The position numbers and the translations under genes were made by a program. DNA of 64,000 nt. Source: a virus. Taxonomy: Duplodnaviria; Caudoviricetes. Under the pieces are notes generated by a model. It worked only from the letters and a program-made list of their open reading frames with translations. It was not told the origin of the DNA and did no database searches. The stretch covers positions 37,857 to 101,856 of the IMG/VR virus record IMGVR_UViG_3300048572_000043. The stretch is one strand, 5' to 3'. Shown here one piece after another: positions 1 to 8,716 of this stretch (position 1 is its first letter; each line of letters begins with the position of its first letter).

Positions 1-75
1 TTGAGCAAAGATTAATTAATGATGGTTGGAAGATAGAGTTCCCTTATTTGATGAAACCATAGTGTAATATATATT

Positions 76-1062
76 ATGTTTAAATATATACTTGGATTAT
101 CAGCTTTTCTACTAGCTTCTTGTGCTGCATTTTTTTCAGTCAAAGGAATAGCTCTTTTATTCGCAGCTAGTTTTTGGAGCGTTGCAATAATGGCTGGAAG
201 TTTAGAAGTAGCTAAATTAGTTAGCGCAAGCTATCTTTATAGATACTGGTCAGTAATACATGATTTGCTTAAAAAATACATGTTATCTGCTACTATATTA
301 CTTATGTGCATAACAAGTCTTGGTATCTTTGGTTTTCTTTCTGATGCTTTTCAACGTAATTTCTCTCAATATTCTTTAAACTTAAATAAAATTCAAAGTT
401 TAAAATCTCAACAAAACTTCTATATATCTCAAATAGATTTCAATAAAAATAAATTAAAAGATCTTATAGAATTGCAAAAGACATATCAAACATCTTTAGA
501 TAATGCTGTTAAACAAGATGTTACTACAACTAAAACCACTGGCGGAGGATTCTTTAGTTCAGCTAAAACCGAAAAAGTAACAGACATTAAATTAGTAGAA
601 AGCAAGAATAAGATCATTGAAGGATCTCAAAGCAATATTAATAATTTATTCTCTCAAATATCCACGGTAACTTCTGATCTTCAAAATCTAGAAAAACAAA
701 GTTTAGAGAATAGCCAAGAAATAATGAAGCTCGAAAGTGATAATACTAAAGGTGAAATTGGCACATTTAAATTTGTAGCAGATGCATTTGGATTAAAAAT
801 AGAAACTGCTGTTAGAATATTTATTATATTAATTGTTATTGTTTTTGATCCACTAGCAGTATGTTTGGTTATAGCCTATAATTCAATGATTAAGAAAATA
901 GAAAATCAAGAAGCGCCAAAACCAGAACAAAAGATTCAAAATATTATAGAAAAACCACTAGATACTTTTAAAGCTATATATGAGAACCTACATAAGAATT
1001 TTAAACGCGGAACAAAGACTGAACATAATCCAGACTTAGCGGATCCAAGTTTGACACAATAA
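76..1062 (+). CDS. Membrane protein with long coiled coil (3 N-terminal TM helices, 1 C-terminal TM helix), conserved phage hypothetical
   Basis: Hydrophobic N-terminal segments, central Q/N/K/E heptads, IFIILIVIVFDPLAV helix; GTGTA motif 9 nt upstream. Confidence 0.7.
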   Translation: MFKYILGLSAFLLASCAAFFSVKGIALLFAASFWSVAIMAGSLEVAKLVSASYLYRYWSVIHDLLKKYMLSATILLMCITSLGIFGFLSDAFQRNFSQYSLNLNKIQSLKSQQNFYISQIDFNKNKLKDLIELQKTYQTSLDNAVKQDVTTTKTTGGGFFSSAKTEKVTDIKLVESKNKIIEGSQSNINNLFSQISTVTSDLQNLEKQSLENSQEIMKLESDNTKGEIGTFKFVADAFGLKIETAVRIFIILIVIVFDPLAVCLVIAYNSMIKKIENQEAPKPEQKIQNIIEKPLDTFKAIYENLHKNFKRGTKTEHNPDLADPSLTQ

Positions 1063-1081
1063 GTATTGTGTATATAATATT

Positions 1082-2329
1082 ATGAGCTGCAATTGTTTAG
1101 AGCCTGTTATATTTTCATTAAGCGCTACGACATCTCAAGCGAAAGTTGGCTTTTCATGTTTGAATGGTCAAGGTAGTCAAAAATATCTTAATTTTAGCGC
1201 AAATGGCAGTAGTTACAGATCGGGTTATTCAACAAACAATCCAGGCACATGGACAGATGACTGGACGTACAATACGATAAAACAATCTAGATATATTTAT
1301 ATGGTACAGGAATATGGTATAATTACAGTTTATGAAGATAAGAATTTTATATATCAAGGTACATATGATATATATGATGGCGATTCTTTCAACCTCTATA
1401 CAGATGCTACATTAACTACTAATCCTCCAGGGATCCAATGTGAAATTGTTGATGAAGAAGATCCTGTTTTAGTACCAGTTGTAATTGAAGCAGAAGATGT
1501 TCTAACTGGACCTACTGAAGCAGGTTTACTTGAGGCTGAATTTTGTACTTCTCAGATAATAAATTGTCAGTTTGTTGGTCGACCAGCCTCATGTAGCTCT
1601 AATAATTGTTACAATATAGACGAATGCTTTGAAGGGAGTTGTGATGGACCTGAAATATCATGTCAAGCTGGGACTGCTACCCCGACTTGTGGGGATCCTT
1701 GTGATCGATCTATACAATGCACTAGTGGACGAACTAAGTATAATAATGATTATGTTTATTATGATTGTAGGTTTTCCGCCTCAAATGGATACGAAGAAAC
1801 CAAAAACACGCTTAGGAATTTAAGTAATCGAGCCTTAGCAAATGAAGTGACAGATGATTTTGTATATCAAATATGCAAAGAATCTACTACTAAAAAAATA
1901 CAAAAATTAAAAACTAACATAATTGGTACTTGTGAACCATTAACGAACCCTGATGAGAATTGGAGTTCATTTAGTAACGGTATTGTAGTTTCAGCTAAAG
2001 TTGTTAATAATATACCAACAGCTCAACAAGCAATTTTTAGAGTTTGTGTGCCTAAAGAAAATGTGGATAAAAGCATTGAAGTAAAAGGAAAGTTTTATCT
2101 TTATATAGGTGCAACTTGTGCGTCTTGTTGTGTGGATGAAGATAACTTTGGTGGAACCATAGTAGCCACAGAGCCTGTAACAATCTTTCCTAATAATAGT
2201 CCAATTATGATAAAAGGAGGCATTGAATATTTTTATAAAGATGTGCAAATCACTTACCATAATGGTACATATTCTCAATACGCTGGACAAACAATAGACG
2301 CTTGTTTTACTTTAATTTCTTTGAAATAA
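1082..2329 (+). CDS. Cys-rich hypothetical protein, possibly virion-associated
   Basis: 415-aa ORF with about 22 Cys, starts MSCNC, no signal peptide; GTGTA motif upstream. Confidence 0.6.
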   Translation: MSCNCLEPVIFSLSATTSQAKVGFSCLNGQGSQKYLNFSANGSSYRSGYSTNNPGTWTDDWTYNTIKQSRYIYMVQEYGIITVYEDKNFIYQGTYDIYDGDSFNLYTDATLTTNPPGIQCEIVDEEDPVLVPVVIEAEDVLTGPTEAGLLEAEFCTSQIINCQFVGRPASCSSNNCYNIDECFEGSCDGPEISCQAGTATPTCGDPCDRSIQCTSGRTKYNNDYVYYDCRFSASNGYEETKNTLRNLSNRALANEVTDDFVYQICKESTTKKIQKLKTNIIGTCEPLTNPDENWSSFSNGIVVSAKVVNNIPTAQQAIFRVCVPKENVDKSIEVKGKFYLYIGATCASCCVDEDNFGGTIVATEPVTIFPNNSPIMIKGGIEYFYKDVQITYHNGTYSQYAGQTIDACFTLISLK

Positions 2330-2357
2330 TATAATTACCGTTTTACGCACAAACATT

Positions 2358-2537
2358 TTAATATTTTTTAATTCTATAATTCTTATTAGAAGGATCTATT
2401 TTAAGAATATGAGCTTTAGCTTTTAATAAACCTTCTTTAGATGGAGGAAATACTCCATGAAGAAAGTTATCACTTTTGCTGTAAACAGCGTAGTATTTAG
2501 CTTGTTTCGTCTTTTTTAGTTTGTTCTTCTTTTTCAT
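2358..2537 (-). CDS. Small basic hypothetical protein (59 aa, not in ORF track)
   Basis: Manual translation MKKKNKLKKTKQAKYYAVYSKSDNFLHGVFPPSKEG...; overlaps the end of the SEC-C gene. Confidence 0.45.
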   Translation of the reverse strand: MKKKNKLKKTKQAKYYAVYSKSDNFLHGVFPPSKEGLLKAKAHILKIDPSNKNYRIKKY

Positions 2538-2748
2538 TTACCATTTTCATAAGATGCTCTTTTAGAGAGTCTTTAGCTTTTTCACAAAAATCTTGATTTA
2601 ACTTACCACAACAATGTTTGAACTTTTTACCAGTAGATGGACAAACCATATTTCTTGGTACTTTTGGATATATTCTTACTATTGGACTAAATTCAGTTGC
2701 TCTAGCATATTCAATTGAGGTTAGTTTATCTATATTGTCTTTGTTCAT
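2497..2748 (-). CDS. SEC-C motif zinc-binding protein
   Basis: VPRNMVCPSTGKKFKHCCG resembles the SEC-C motif (RNxxCPCGSGKKYKxCC). Confidence 0.7.
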   Translation of the reverse strand: MNKDNIDKLTSIEYARATEFSPIVRIYPKVPRNMVCPSTGKKFKHCCGKLNQDFCEKAKDSLKEHLMKMVNEKEEQTKKDETS

Positions 2749-2785
2749 ATTATATTGTACTGAATTAAGTGTAAATTTCTAATAT

Positions 2786-3493
2786 ATGCCATGCGCTTTA
2801 ACAGAACCAGGAAATTATCCAGATTATCTTAAACGTATTCTTAAAACGATAGCTGTTGGAAATGATACCGATTTAAAAACTTGTGCATGCTCTTTAAGAT
2901 CTCCGCTAACGACTGAGGGTTGCCCAGCAATAGGTGGAGATGGAAAGATTGGAGCTTTCCCATTTTGCACACAAGAAAGCGCAGACAGTAAATATGCAAT
3001 ATGGCCTTTGGAAAAGGCCATGGAAACCTATTGGCGCGTAAGGGCTTGGGACTTTAGCGCAGCAGTAACAGTAAAACCTTTTGAAGATGACGAATTTTTG
3101 GTTACAACCTCCATAAAAAACATTAGAAGCGCAGCTAATAAAGAGTCAGACCTAGTGTGTTTTAATGAGTTTGTAGACCCAGAAGAGGCCTATAAATCCG
3201 CAGATATATTTTTCGGCCCCCTTTCTTTCGGAAACCAATTTTTACAAAAAGTAGATAATTTATATTACTCTGGTTTAGGGGGATATTTTTCTAATGATTT
3301 ATTCAATCCTTTAGTTGAACTAGAGTTTTCTTTTGGGGCAGATGTCAATATATATGGAAATGATTTTCCTTTTTCTGTTCTAGGGGCTAATTTAAAAATC
3401 AGCGTCAACGCTTATATGGAAGATCAGCCAGATTTTTACAACCCCGCTATCGGTTGTACGGCAAGTCTTACTCCGAGTTCATATTGGCCTTAA
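2786..3493 (+). CDS. MPCA-family protein, copy A (conserved Cys-rich N-terminus, variable body)
   Basis: MPCA...CACS...EGC...GKIGAFPFC N-terminus shared with ORFs at 12070, 13146 and 14037; ends YWP. Confidence 0.8.
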   Translation: MPCALTEPGNYPDYLKRILKTIAVGNDTDLKTCACSLRSPLTTEGCPAIGGDGKIGAFPFCTQESADSKYAIWPLEKAMETYWRVRAWDFSAAVTVKPFEDDEFLVTTSIKNIRSAANKESDLVCFNEFVDPEEAYKSADIFFGPLSFGNQFLQKVDNLYYSGLGGYFSNDLFNPLVELEFSFGADVNIYGNDFPFSVLGANLKISVNAYMEDQPDFYNPAIGCTASLTPSSYWP

Positions 3494-3533
3494 CCACGCA
3501 TAACACTGAATCTGAAATAAATTAAATAAAATC

Positions 3534-4643
3534 TCATTTTCCATGAGCGAATCCCTCATACATGCTATTTGGACTATTTCTAACTGCTTGTATAGTATTA
3601 TTCCATAGGCCACCGCGCATATCTTGTAAACTCCTAAATCCAAGATAACTCATAGAACTTCTTAAACCATTGGTAAAATCATATACAATATCTTCAATAG
3701 TTTTGTTTTCAATAATTGGAATCAAGGTATTATCACCCTCAACAAACAGATTCTTTTTAGTTCCATCGTACAAATCATAATCTTCAACAACATCTTGACT
3801 AGCCATTCCTCTATATTTAGCAAATCTTTTGCCATCTATTTCAATGATATTCTCGTCATCAACAACATCAGATAAGCCAGCAAAAATTCTCCCACAAATA
3901 ACAGCATCACATCCACTAGCAATAGCTTTAACTAAATCTTTCGGATATCTAATACCACCATCAGCAAGAATACTTGGCCTATGAGCTGGATTAGGTTTAT
4001 CTTGTTTAAATAAATCAATTTGAGAAAGCTCCCAATTTCTTACGGCTTTCCAAGCGTAATAATTTCCAGTTAAACTAGGGCATCCGATTCCAGTTTTAAC
4101 TTGAGTTAAACACATAGATCCTGGACCGATCAAATGTCTAAATCCATCTGCTTTTAAATTAGCAAGTCTATAAACACTCTCTTTAGTCAAAGTATTACCC
4201 ACGATAACATCTTGAGAAAATCCAGCCGTCTTATACCATCTTAAGAAATCTTCTACATTTTTAGCTAAACCATTAGCTGTGTCCAAGAAATAAAGATTAG
4301 TAAATGTATTTGTAGCTCTAATTCTTTCTTCTGCATCTTTTAGTCCAATCGCAGTAACGCAAAAATCGCTAGCATCTTTAATAAGTTTAGCTTTAGCTCT
4401 TTGATCATCAACAGACATAAATCTATGTAAAACTCCAGCCGCTCCAAGTTTATTCATTTTAATACACGACTTAACAGAAGATACTGTATCCATTGGCGAA
4501 AGCAATATTGGAATTTTTATATTGCAGTTTCTTGATATCTTAGTAGTGGTATCTACTTCTTTTCTGGAAGTGATGTCTGAAAAATTTGGAAGTAACGAAA
4601 TATCATCGTAACTTAAGGCTTCTTTAAATTCTTGTTTTTGCAT
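3534..4643 (-). CDS. guaB: IMP dehydrogenase / GMP reductase family oxidoreductase without CBS domains
   Basis: LSYDDISLLP, SPMDTV, IGPGSMCLT catalytic-Cys loop, ADGGIR, YRGMAS, VEG and GLRSSMSY motifs; IMPDH versus GMPR not resolved. Confidence 0.85.
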   Translation of the reverse strand: MQKQEFKEALSYDDISLLPNFSDITSRKEVDTTTKISRNCNIKIPILLSPMDTVSSVKSCIKMNKLGAAGVLHRFMSVDDQRAKAKLIKDASDFCVTAIGLKDAEERIRATNTFTNLYFLDTANGLAKNVEDFLRWYKTAGFSQDVIVGNTLTKESVYRLANLKADGFRHLIGPGSMCLTQVKTGIGCPSLTGNYYAWKAVRNWELSQIDLFKQDKPNPAHRPSILADGGIRYPKDLVKAIASGCDAVICGRIFAGLSDVVDDENIIEIDGKRFAKYRGMASQDVVEDYDLYDGTKKNLFVEGDNTLIPIIENKTIEDIVYDFTNGLRSSMSYLGFRSLQDMRGGLWNNTIQAVRNSPNSMYEGFAHGK

Positions 4644-4790
4644 TTATTTATATTAGACTATTCTTTATAAACAATCAAGAAAATAATTGACTTAAAAATA
4701 AAAAACATTTAATATATAATCTTATGGTTCAAACAATTATATGCATAGCGATAGGAATTGGAATAGCTATAAAATGGCATTTCTTTCAAA

Positions 4791-5204
4791 ATGAATAATA
4801 GAATATCATTTATAGAAGCTGCGATTGAAACCGCCAAAATCTGGTCAAGTAGATCAGAAGATCCACATAAAAAAGTTGGAGTATGCATCTTAAATAAAGA
4901 TGGTAGAGTATTATCTGTAGGATATAATGGTTTATTACCTAAGTTTAATATTAATGAAGACTTCTTTAGCGATAGAGATAACAGAAGGAAATATATGATC
5001 CATGCTGAAATTAACGCTTTATCTTTAGTTAAAAGAGGAGATCAACCACATTTACTAGCTTCAACTTTATTGCCTTGCTCGAATTGTGCTACGAATATTG
5101 TTGCATATGGAGTTAAAAGTGTGGTATACTCAGAAGACTATGACAAAGACACCACTGCAAAAGAGATATTTAAATTTTACAATATAGAGTTAATTAAAAT
5201 ATGA
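4791..5204 (+). CDS. dCMP deaminase
   Basis: RSEDP..VG, GYNG, HAEINAL and PCSNC zinc motifs. Confidence 0.9.
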   Translation: MNNRISFIEAAIETAKIWSSRSEDPHKKVGVCILNKDGRVLSVGYNGLLPKFNINEDFFSDRDNRRKYMIHAEINALSLVKRGDQPHLLASTLLPCSNCATNIVAYGVKSVVYSEDYDKDTTAKEIFKFYNIELIKI

Positions 5205-5686
5205 AATATATAATACTATTATCATTTATAGCTAATTTCGCAGCCGCTCAATCTGGAGCCGTATACGAAACATACAAGACTACAGGAGGTGGAACAAATC
5301 AATCTGATGGTACAATTTTTAATAAACCATTCCAAGAATATAATTATGTTAAAACCGCTAGAGGAATAGAAGTATATCAAACGTACAAAACTAAGAGTGG
5401 AAACGGAACTAATCAATCCAATGGAACTATATTTTCAAAACCATTTCCAGAGTATTATATAGTTAACAATAAAATTTATAGAACATACAAGACCCATTAT
5501 AAATCTACTAATCAATCTAGTGGCACAATATTTGCCCAACCATTTGAGGCAAAAAATATCGATCCAAGTGTTAATACTAAAGCTTTAAAAGAAAATATAC
5601 AAACCCAAGTTCGAACTCAACAAATTCGTACTGGGCAAGATTATCCAAGATACGATGGAACTGGAGATATATCTTATGGAGAATAA
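5201..5686 (+). CDS. Secreted protein with three internal repeats
   Basis: Signal peptide MKYIILLSFIANFAAA; three repeats of [VI]YxTYKT...TNQSxGTIFxxPF. Confidence 0.7.
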   Translation: MKYIILLSFIANFAAAQSGAVYETYKTTGGGTNQSDGTIFNKPFQEYNYVKTARGIEVYQTYKTKSGNGTNQSNGTIFSKPFPEYYIVNNKIYRTYKTHYKSTNQSSGTIFAQPFEAKNIDPSVNTKALKENIQTQVRTQQIRTGQDYPRYDGTGDISYGE

Positions 5687-5689
5687 CAA

Positions 5690-6277
5690 ATGATTGGATT
5701 AACTGGAGTAGCTCGATCTGGAAAAGATACTTTTTATTCTATCTTAAAAAGATATCTAGAAGAAAAAGGAATCAAATCCCAAAGACTAGCTTTTGCTGAT
5801 GCATTAAAAAATGAACTATACGAATTTACTAAAGATAAATTTAAAATAGATTTACTAAATTGCAGTCCAGAAAACAAGGAAATAGTAAGACCACTTATGG
5901 TTGCTTATGGAAAATGCAGAAGAATACAAACAGAAGGAAAATACTGGACTTCTACTATTCAACCAGAAGTAAACAAATTAATTGCTAAGAACATTGTTCC
6001 AATCGTCACGGACGTAAGATATATAGAGTATAAAGATGATGAATATTCTTGGATAAAATCTCATAATGGTATTCTAATACATATTTCAAGAAAACTAGAT
6101 GATGGTTCTTTGGTCCCTCCAGCAAATATAGAAGAAAAATCTAATGATAATAAGCTTAAAGCTGTATCTGATATAAGTATAGCTTGGGAGACTTGCCAAG
6201 ACGTTAATTTTTTACATGAATTAATGCAAAAACAATTAAAAAATGTTTACGAAAAATACTTACAAAATAAAAAATAA
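5690..6277 (+). CDS. Deoxynucleoside monophosphate kinase
   Basis: IGLTGVARSGKDT P-loop, AFADALK and VTDVRY motifs. Confidence 0.85.
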   Translation: MIGLTGVARSGKDTFYSILKRYLEEKGIKSQRLAFADALKNELYEFTKDKFKIDLLNCSPENKEIVRPLMVAYGKCRRIQTEGKYWTSTIQPEVNKLIAKNIVPIVTDVRYIEYKDDEYSWIKSHNGILIHISRKLDDGSLVPPANIEEKSNDNKLKAVSDISIAWETCQDVNFLHELMQKQLKNVYEKYLQNKK

Positions 6278-6278
6278 T

Positions 6279-6872
6279 ATGAACAAACAAATAGACGACA
6301 TTACTTTAGTCAAGAGTATAAAAGAAAAGAATGATGAAGAAGCATTGAAAACTTTAATTCAAAAACATTCTGCTCTTTGCAATTCTTTATATAAAAAATA
6401 CTCAACTCCAATGGTTGCATCTGGAGTTCATCTTCAAGACGTAATAGATCAAAAAGATTATATGGTCTACAAATCGGCATTAAGTTTTGATGAAAATAAA
6501 AACTCTAAATTCTCGACTTGGTTATATAATCAAGTAAGATATCAATGCCTTAACTGTATGAATGAAAATAGTCATTATTTAACCCTTGAAACTGATAAAC
6601 TAAACTATTTAATAGAAAAGAATACTCCAGTTCAAAAAGAGTATAAAAATATTAATGAATATATTATGAATATTATTGATTCTTGCTCAGATGAAAGAAT
6701 ACAAAAGATATTCAAAATGAGATATTTAAATGATTCTAATAAAAAAATGCCTTGGAATAAAATAGCTAAAAAATTAAAGATAAGCACTCAAACTGCTATC
6801 AATATACATAATAAAGCCATTAAACTATTAAAAACTAAAGTTGAGAGTAAAAATTGTTTTGACAAAATATAA
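6279..6872 (+). CDS. Sigma-70-family RNA polymerase sigma factor (phage-encoded)
   Basis: Region-2-like FDENKNSKFSTWLY..VR and region-4-like HTH (WNKIAKKLKISTQT...HNKAIKLLK); start taken at ATG 6279. Confidence 0.8.
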   Translation: MNKQIDDITLVKSIKEKNDEEALKTLIQKHSALCNSLYKKYSTPMVASGVHLQDVIDQKDYMVYKSALSFDENKNSKFSTWLYNQVRYQCLNCMNENSHYLTLETDKLNYLIEKNTPVQKEYKNINEYIMNIIDSCSDERIQKIFKMRYLNDSNKKMPWNKIAKKLKISTQTAINIHNKAIKLLKTKVESKNCFDKI

Positions 6873-6893
6873 AAAAAGAGATACAATATAAAA

Positions 6894-7205
6894 ATGAATA
6901 ATACAAATCAAAACACAAATACAAACAAGAACCAAAGCGAGCTGGGCGCACTTTGGAAAAAGAAGAGCAAAGCAGGAATGTCATTCCTATCTGGTTATAT
7001 TAATGATCACGATGGTCAAAGAATTGACGTTGTAGTTTTTGCTAACAGCAAAAAGACAAATGAAAAAGCTCCAGATTATAGACTATATGTATCTAAGCCT
7101 TTAGATAATCAAAATAAGACTACCGCTTCTGCACCAGCAGCTAAAACTGCCACAGTCAAGAAGGTTCAACCAGTTGTTGAAGAGGATGAAGATGACATCC
7201 TATGA
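6894..7205 (+). CDS. DUF736-like protein with acidic C-terminal tail (possible ssDNA-binding protein)
   Basis: GALWKK..K.G..FLSG and KAPDYR motifs; EEDEDDIL tail. Confidence 0.6.
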   Translation: MNNTNQNTNTNKNQSELGALWKKKSKAGMSFLSGYINDHDGQRIDVVVFANSKKTNEKAPDYRLYVSKPLDNQNKTTASAPAAKTATVKKVQPVVEEDEDDIL

Positions 7206-8287
7206 GTTTAGCGTTTAACTTACCAATAAATTCAGTAAGTTTTGGTCAGATATCTACATTAATTCTTAGAGAGTTATATAATTCTAAGGTTAATGTAGGT
7301 ATTTTACCTATTGGTAACGTTGATCTATCTACTCAATCAGATTTAAGTCAAGAATTTGGAAATTGGCTACAGCAGTCAATCAATTCGTCCTTAGAAACAT
7401 TTAATCGAAAAAATAAAATATTTAAACTATGGCATCTTAACGGCTCATTTGAGAGTTATTCCAACGAGCAAGTTTTACTTAGCTTTTACGAACTTGATCA
7501 ACCTACAAAAGTAGAGTTAAATACTGTAAAAAATAACCATAAAGTACTTTTTTCTTCAAAAGAAACAGTAGAAATATTTAAGAATCTTGGATGCAAGAAC
7601 GTAGAATATATTCCATTAGCATTTGATAAGTATAATTTTAATAGAATAGATAAGTCTTATTTTGTTGACGATAGAATTGTTTTTAACTTGGTTGGTAAAT
7701 TAGAAAAAAGAAAACATCATTTAAAGCTGATTAAACTTTGGGCTCAAAAATTTGGTAATAATAAAAAATACGCATTACAATGTTGCATATTTAATCCATT
7801 TATGAAGCCAGAAGATCAAAACGCTCTTGTTTCTCAAGCCTTAGAAGGTAAAACATATTTTAATATTAACTTCTTGCCATTTATGGGACAAAATAAAATT
7901 TATAATGATTTCTTAAATAGTGGTAATATCGTATTGGGCATGAGTGGAGCAGAAGGATGGGGATTACCAGAATTTCATTCTGTAGCGATGGGAAAGCATG
8001 CAGTAATAATGAATGCTCATGCATATAAATCTTGGGCCAATAAAGACAACAGTGTCTTGGTAGAGCCTAGTTGTAAAATTGAAGCATACGATGGAATGTT
8101 CTTTAATAAAGGAGCGCCATATAACCAAGGCAATATCTATGACTTTAGTGAAGAAGAATTTATTAATGGTTGTGAATCAGCAATCAAAAAAGTGGAAAGC
8201 GACAAAGTAAATAAAGAAGGACTAAAACTTCAAGAAGAATTTACTTCTGAAAAATTTATTGAAAATGTACTAAGTCATTTAAAATAA
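7202..8287 (+). CDS. Glycosyltransferase (GT-B fold, GT4-like)
   Basis: RK motif and SGAEGWGLPEFHSVAMGK (EGxGLPxxEA-like). Confidence 0.8.
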   Translation: MSLAFNLPINSVSFGQISTLILRELYNSKVNVGILPIGNVDLSTQSDLSQEFGNWLQQSINSSLETFNRKNKIFKLWHLNGSFESYSNEQVLLSFYELDQPTKVELNTVKNNHKVLFSSKETVEIFKNLGCKNVEYIPLAFDKYNFNRIDKSYFVDDRIVFNLVGKLEKRKHHLKLIKLWAQKFGNNKKYALQCCIFNPFMKPEDQNALVSQALEGKTYFNINFLPFMGQNKIYNDFLNSGNIVLGMSGAEGWGLPEFHSVAMGKHAVIMNAHAYKSWANKDNSVLVEPSCKIEAYDGMFFNKGAPYNQGNIYDFSEEEFINGCESAIKKVESDKVNKEGLKLQEEFTSEKFIENVLSHLK

Positions 8288-8634
8288 TGCCACTATATAC
8301 ATACATTAATCCTAAAACAAAACAAACAATAGATATTGTACAATCAGTACATGACGAACATATTTATATAGATAAAAATGGATTACAATGGAGTAGAGTA
8401 TTTACTGCTCCAGAAGTTAATACTCATGGAACATTAAAAGCAGAAACCTCAGAAAAGCAATTTTCGGAATTTACAAAAAATCGTAAAGGCACACTTGGAG
8501 ATCTTTGGGACCAAAGCGCAGAGCTTTCAGAGAAAAGAAAAAAAGTTTATAGTGGACAAGACCCAGTAAAAAAGAAATATAAGAGTGATTGGAGCAAAAA
8601 AAGAAAAGGTCGCGTACACCCTAAAGACGACTAA
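8287..8634 (+). CDS. FmdB-like small protein lacking the canonical Cys residues
   Basis: MPLYTY N-terminus typical of FmdB-family proteins. Confidence 0.45.
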   Translation: MPLYTYINPKTKQTIDIVQSVHDEHIYIDKNGLQWSRVFTAPEVNTHGTLKAETSEKQFSEFTKNRKGTLGDLWDQSAELSEKRKKVYSGQDPVKKKYKSDWSKKRKGRVHPKDD

Positions 8635-8716
8635 AAGCAAATTGTTTATAACTTATTAAAATTTTCTTTCTTTAATTTAAAAAAAGATGTAATATAGTTT
8701 TTGTACTAGTTACATT

